Source of the DNA: an uncultured archaeon | Lineage (GTDB): Archaea > Aenigmatarchaeota > Aenigmatarchaeia > CG10238-14 > SCSR01 | Assembly (NCBI GenBank): GCA_964427055.1 | Contig: CAYRSQ010000003.1 | Coordinates: forward strand, 1 to 36,692 | Reading direction: 5' to 3' | Length of the DNA: 36,692 bases | In this document: positions 32,846 through 36,692 of the stretch, piece by piece | Layout of the letters: every line of letters starts with the position of its first letter | Position numbering within the stretch: position 1 is the stretch's first letter | Translations under genes and position numbers: made by a program | Notes under the pieces: generated by a model | What the model saw: the letters and a program-made list of their open reading frames with translations, nothing else | Database searches by the model: none | Told to the model about the DNA's origin: nothing

Positions 32846-34137
32846 CAATATGATGTAAATCCGCAATTGCTTGAGGATACCACCATTGACCCATCATTTC
32901 CATCCATAATTCTGAATTTCAGCGACATCGATTTGTTTTCGACCTTGCCAATTTCCGTTTCATACAATGGATATGCTTTCTCTCCAGTTATAATGACTGT
33001 CACATCCGCGTCGGCTGTAAACGAGAATGAACATACGGTTTCATAAGAAATCTCAGTGCAGATTTCCGGCTCATCATTTACATTAGATGGTGTGGAAGCA
33101 CATGTACAGCAACAAGTGCATCCCCCTTCTGATGTACATGAATATGAAATTCCTGATCCGCAGTAGGCTGAACATTCCGCCGCACCACCCAACAGACACT
33201 CTCCTGAACATATAGAATCTAGGCTAATACCGCCATTACATTCGATCTCATGCTCGCTTGAGCTACAAGAGCAATCATCTATTTCGTAACCCAGAATCAG
33301 ATCGTTCACAGAAACTTCCACTTGAGCACCATCCAAAATTATTTCCCCGAAGTTTGACTCTATCTCATCCTTCAATATGCTCTCCCAATTACCACACTTG
33401 GCATTTAACAAATCTGAACCGTCGATACATGAAGCTCCAGTAGTTGATATGGTTTTACAATTGCCTGAGCTTGTTGCTCTTTCTATAGCATTGTACAATG
33501 GTCTGTCATTCTCAAATAACGCTTTCCCTTTCGATATGAGATTGAAATACTCCGTATCTAATTCTTCACTGAAGTCTGCATTTTCTTCGAAAACGACCAC
33601 GGAGTTTCCTTTGGAAAGTTTAAGTCCCGAGTTGCAATCATCCCGTATCAAGAAAGAATATGATTCATCATCAGACAGTATATCGACTGATCCGCAATCA
33701 TTGAATTCAGGGAGGTCTATGATCATTCCGAGATTGGAATATGAATTAGAGTACTGTTGACCGTAACAATTGAAGACATCCAATATAGCATCCTTGAGGT
33801 TCTTTTCCACATCGTTGTCGCTTGGAATAAAATTCTTTTCATAAACTCTCCAATACGGTTCGCAGTTTCGAACATTTAGTGGTTCCTGAAAGACATAATA
33901 TCCGCCCTTGCTCAATGTGTCGTACGTGGCTTTGTTTACAGATCTACCGACTGAATTTCTCAAGGACAATTTTAGAAACTCCATCGAATCTATGGTTTCT
34001 ATAACTTCTATTTCTTTTCCAGAACTGTTTAACGCTTTACTGTCAACTATTAACGTGTTCACGGCTATAGCAACCAGTACTACGGCGCCCACCATCGCGA
34101 CAACGATTATTGGAACTATGGATCCTTTATTATTCAC
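32842..34137 (-). CDS. Large prepilin-like (class III signal peptide) protein with an extremely Cys-dense module
   Basis: MNNKG/SIVPIIVVAMVGAVVLVAIAV is a short basic leader ending in KG followed by a roughly 22-aa hydrophobic helix. Residues about 285-375 contain more than 20 Cys, including TCCCTC. Confidence 0.7.
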   Translation of the reverse strand: MNNKGSIVPIIVVAMVGAVVLVAIAVNTLIVDSKALNSSGKEIEVIETIDSMEFLKLSLRNSVGRSVNKATYDTLSKGGYYVFQEPLNVRNCEPYWRVYEKNFIPSDNDVEKNLKDAILDVFNCYGQQYSNSYSNLGMIIDLPEFNDCGSVDILSDDESYSFLIRDDCNSGLKLSKGNSVVVFEENADFSEELDTEYFNLISKGKALFENDRPLYNAIERATSSGNCKTISTTGASCIDGSDLLNAKCGNWESILKDEIESNFGEIILDGAQVEVSVNDLILGYEIDDCSCSSSEHEIECNGGISLDSICSGECLLGGAAECSAYCGSGISYSCTSEGGCTCCCTCASTPSNVNDEPEICTEISYETVCSFSFTADADVTVIITGEKAYPLYETEIGKVENKSMSLKFRIMDGNDGSMVVSSSNCGFTSYC

Positions 34138-34138
34138 A

Positions 34139-34618
34139 TCAATTCACCTGTGTATCGGACGCCAATTCTGCGTCAGTTTCCTGTATAAACGTCACTTTTC
34201 TAGGTATCCCTATTGTAACTTTCTCCACTGCATTTTCGTTGTAAGGGAGAATTATATACGTACTCGCCACATAACTGATATCGCAATTGTTGGGATGAAG
34301 TATCTCATTCGTTCCCAAAGATAGCTGATAACACCCTCCAGGGACGAGCTTGTCTAATCTCGACTTCAACACACTTTCTTTCCATGCATCATCTTCCATT
34401 CCGGATGCAATCGACCCCAGTTTCTCATATACATTTTCATCTGATAGCAACTCCAGCAATGTCAGACCCGCATTGTTGTATCCGTATTGTATTTCCAATA
34501 CCCTTACCAAATGGACTTTTAGAAATACCACAAATATGACTAGGCTTGCTATGGCGACAAACATCGCTATAGTGCCTATTACTGCAATTTCTATTCCAGT
34601 TATCCCTTTTCTTTCCAT
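34139..34618 (-). CDS. Prepilin-like (class III signal peptide) protein
   Basis: MERKG/ITGIEIAVIGTIAMFVAIASLVIFVVF, with Glu at +5 as in bacterial type IV pilins. 1-nt gap to the downstream gene. Confidence 0.7.
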   Translation of the reverse strand: MERKGITGIEIAVIGTIAMFVAIASLVIFVVFLKVHLVRVLEIQYGYNNAGLTLLELLSDENVYEKLGSIASGMEDDAWKESVLKSRLDKLVPGGCYQLSLGTNEILHPNNCDISYVASTYIILPYNENAVEKVTIGIPRKVTFIQETDAELASDTQVN

Positions 34619-34622
34619 TTCA

Positions 34623-35261
34623 TCACAACTCGACTACTCTTACAAACAATCTTCCCGGATGCATCTCTGTCCCATCTTTTATCAGGACAGGGAACTCTCC
34701 TTCATAGACACCGGTCTTAGTTTCGTATGTTTGCCAGCATTCATCCCAGTCCCAATAGTTCCATAATCTGAATGGGTAATTGGCAATCATTCCGAAGAGG
34801 CTAAAATCAAGGTTGTCATTTAAGCAAGTTAGGAACTCTTTCTGATTTTCCAGACCGGGACCTCCCACACCCAATGTCCATTTCTCATCAGTTTCCATGT
34901 CTATCACGACTATCTGCATCCCGGTGCTCGGGTACCCTATTTCTTCGGATAGGCTGCTTTCGATGTTAATCTTATTTTCGCTCATCATCTGGATATCCAA
35001 CTTGTTCCTGTCCAAGACACCTCTATGATATCTAACCAATCCTGATACGTATTCCTCGTAAACTAGATCATCCGAACTTAATATCACTTGAGCTATGTTT
35101 ATTGCATGCCTCTGAGTTTCATGTCCAATCACTATTGCATGCAAATCAAAATATCTGCCATATAAAAGGAAGTAAAGAAAGACTACCATGGCTACCGAAA
35201 AAAATGCGGTAAAGGTCTGTATTATCCAAGTGGCTATTCCCTTTCTATTATTAATCATCAT
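34623..35261 (-). CDS. Prepilin-like (class III signal peptide) protein
   Basis: MMINNRKG/IATWIIQTFTAFFSVAMVVFLYFLL. Overlaps the upstream gene by 4 nt. Confidence 0.7.
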   Translation of the reverse strand: MMINNRKGIATWIIQTFTAFFSVAMVVFLYFLLYGRYFDLHAIVIGHETQRHAINIAQVILSSDDLVYEEYVSGLVRYHRGVLDRNKLDIQMMSENKINIESSLSEEIGYPSTGMQIVVIDMETDEKWTLGVGGPGLENQKEFLTCLNDNLDFSLFGMIANYPFRLWNYWDWDECWQTYETKTGVYEGEFPVLIKDGTEMHPGRLFVRVVEL

Positions 35262-35719
35262 TCATTCCGCTCCAAATCATAAGTGTCAGCAATGATACCA
35301 TCGTCATCCCTATCTTTTTCTATAATGAAATTCCTGACATCTTCCAAACTCAAGGAAACATCTCCGTACCCGATTTTAGCCCATCCTTTCGCAATGGTAG
35401 TCTCAGAACTTATCGAGATTTCTCCGTTGACCCTTATATTTTTTATGTCAATCATTCTATCGTCTATCGTGATGTCATAGGAAATTGTCTCATCTTCATT
35501 CTCATAATATATCGTAATCCTGTCCTGGGCTGCACCGCTTATAGTTATCAAACCTCCCAAATCAAGGGCCGTTCTCTCAGCCGATGATAACGTGAGCAAC
35601 GAAGACATATCATCGATTATCTCAGGGACTTTGAAAGCGACCGCCAGCACGCATATGCTTAATATGACAGTCATTAGGACATCTGTCATCTCTCCCTGTC
35701 CCTTGGAATTAAGGTTCAT
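35258..35719 (-). CDS. Prepilin-like (class III signal peptide) protein
   Basis: MNLNSKG/QGEMTDVLMTVILSICVLAVAF has the classic KG/Q archaeal prepilin peptidase site. The remainder is beta-rich. Confidence 0.7.
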   Translation of the reverse strand: MNLNSKGQGEMTDVLMTVILSICVLAVAFKVPEIIDDMSSLLTLSSAERTALDLGGLITISGAAQDRITIYYENEDETISYDITIDDRMIDIKNIRVNGEISISSETTIAKGWAKIGYGDVSLSLEDVRNFIIEKDRDDDGIIADTYDLERNE

Positions 35720-35744
35720 ATAGAATTATTTCTTTTAGTTGGCT

Positions 35745-36026
35745 TTATTTTTGACACTCGTCTTTAGAAGTGGGCTTAGTTATACCGAAATCGTCGCAAC
35801 TGGTCGGTTCTTCATCGTTCCAGTTCCATGGAACGGTATTGAAATTATTGGCTTCCCAATCGGTGCAATATCTCCTGAACTTGAACTCGCATGCATACGA
35901 CTCCATTATCGGGGTTATGGTTTCGTTCCAGTTCGCATAAGCCAGGAAAGCTACGAAAGCGAACATCCCCATCATTATGACCAGGACCAACGTATGGGTT
36001 GCTATAGCTTTGGTCGAAATAATCAT
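35745..36026 (-). CDS. Small prepilin-like protein (candidate pilin), 4 Cys
   Basis: MIISTKA/IATHTLVLVIMMGMFAFVAFLAYA. Shares the …CE(F/Y)xxxxYC… motif with the next gene (ACEFKFRRYC versus KCEYQRMMYC). Confidence 0.65.
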   Translation of the reverse strand: MIISTKAIATHTLVLVIMMGMFAFVAFLAYANWNETITPIMESYACEFKFRRYCTDWEANNFNTVPWNWNDEEPTSCDDFGITKPTSKDECQK

Positions 36027-36062
36027 ATTACTAATTCCAATTTCAAGAGAAAAATAGTTTAG

Positions 36063-36371
36063 TTAAGAACATGAGAACGTCATAGTATCTGCAAATTCAC
36101 AACATTTGTAGGCATAATACACTAAATCAGCTTTTTCTTCAGTGCATTCATTCGGATCATCATTCTGAGTATCACTAGCAAAACCAGCATACATAGATCT
36201 ATCTTCTAAGTTGCAATACATCATCCTCTGATATTCGCATTTTCTATCTCTCATCGATTTCGAGAACTCGCTGTTAGAGTAGAACAGAGAATAAGTTATG
36301 AATCCCAGCACCATGGCTCCCAATATCAACGCTATGATATACGGAACTGGAACGGCACCTTTTGAATTCAT
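36063..36371 (-). CDS. Small prepilin-like protein (candidate pilin), 7 Cys
   Basis: Start moved to internal ATG 36371, giving MNSKG/AVPVPYIIALILGAMVLGFITYSLF. The track ORF extends to 36422 with no signal-peptide logic. Confidence 0.65.
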   Translation of the reverse strand: MNSKGAVPVPYIIALILGAMVLGFITYSLFYSNSEFSKSMRDRKCEYQRMMYCNLEDRSMYAGFASDTQNDDPNECTEEKADLVYYAYKCCEFADTMTFSCS

Positions 36372-36415
36372 TTCTTTCACATATTTTATTTCGTCACGCG
36401 GGTTATTAAAACTTA

Positions 36416-36691
36416 TTAGCACTTAGGGCAGACATAATTCAATCCACTACACTCCACTGGATTCTGATTAAATGGTGTCGTGGTTCCTCCTATATTTTCA
36501 CAGTATGTCTGGGTTTCGCATCTGGAATCTCCATATCTAAACCCGTTGTCACAAGTATCGTCTATAGTAAGGGCACCACTGTAACAACAATAATACTCTA
36601 TGGATAGCTCACATTCACATGTAGCTAGATTGCATATATCTCCAAGGCCCAGGTTCTGACATTCCGCATCGGTTGAACATGCCGAACCGCA
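36416..36691 (-). CDS. C-terminal part of a Cys-rich secreted protein (gene continues beyond right edge)
   Basis: Open frame from the window edge to TAA (36418-36416). Translation …CSTDAECQNLGLGDICNLATCECELSIEYYCCYSG…RCETQTYCEN…VECSGLNYVCPKC has 17 Cys in 91 aa. Missing from the ORF track because the window contains no start codon for it. Confidence 0.55.
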   Translation of the reverse strand, partial: CGSACSTDAECQNLGLGDICNLATCECELSIEYYCCYSGALTIDDTCDNGFRYGDSRCETQTYCENIGGTTTPFNQNPVECSGLNYVCPKC

Positions 36692-36692
36692 T

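Noticed and set aside
1-36692. CRISPR arrays, IS elements or transposases, integrases, toxin-antitoxin pairs, and known defence systems
   Set aside because: I saw no regularly spaced direct repeats, no terminal inverted repeats, and no proteins with transposase, integrase, Cas, restriction or nuclease-NTPase signatures on either strand. The Zn ribbon at 31364 resembles transposase-associated ribbons, but it is fused to TM helices and an ectodomain.

Overview
All calls below come from motif recognition by eye. No BLAST, HMM or folding search was run.

**Overall picture.** This is a very compact, moderately AT-rich archaeal window. Archaea-specific genes show this directly:
- topoisomerase VI A and B, tRNA-splicing endonuclease EndA, and aIF-1A
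- Alba, ribosomal protein S17e, and TYW1/Taw1
- an archaeal-type SRP RNA, BHB-type tRNA introns, and class III (prepilin-like) signal peptides

Tight gene spacing, many ATGA-type overlaps and the gene content suggest a small-genome, DPANN-like archaeon. That assignment is inference only.

**Supported content.**
- About 45 CDS.
- 7 tRNA genes: Thr-CGU, Gly-GCC, Leu-CAA, Val-CAC, Phe-GAA, Thr-UGU and Trp-CCA. Gly, Leu and Trp carry anticodon-loop introns.
- One SRP (7S) RNA.
- A contiguous e2b2-rbcL-deoA operon, which is the archaeal AMP salvage (pentose-bisphosphate) pathway with form III-like RuBisCO.
- A Methanococcus-type S-layer gene.
- Two cell-surface islands, at about 12.8-18.2 kb and about 31.4-36.7 kb.

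**Most interesting signals.**
1. The tRNA-Leu(CAA) and tRNA-Trp(CCA) introns each contain a box D'/C' K-loop-like module. In both, an antisense arm pairs with the anticodon region so that C34 sits at the canonical N+5 methylation position, in the same register.
2. An operon of at least seven genes encodes prepilin-like, partly extremely Cys-rich proteins. No assembly ATPase, platform protein or peptidase is visible, and the operon runs off the right edge of the window.
3. A paralogous two-domain surface-protein family occurs with three different membrane anchors.
4. A site-2-protease homologue lacking HExxH lies next to a membrane-anchored Lon-type S16 peptidase.
5. A small protein ends in a ribosomal-stalk-like GFGSIFG tail and is wedged between two tRNA genes.
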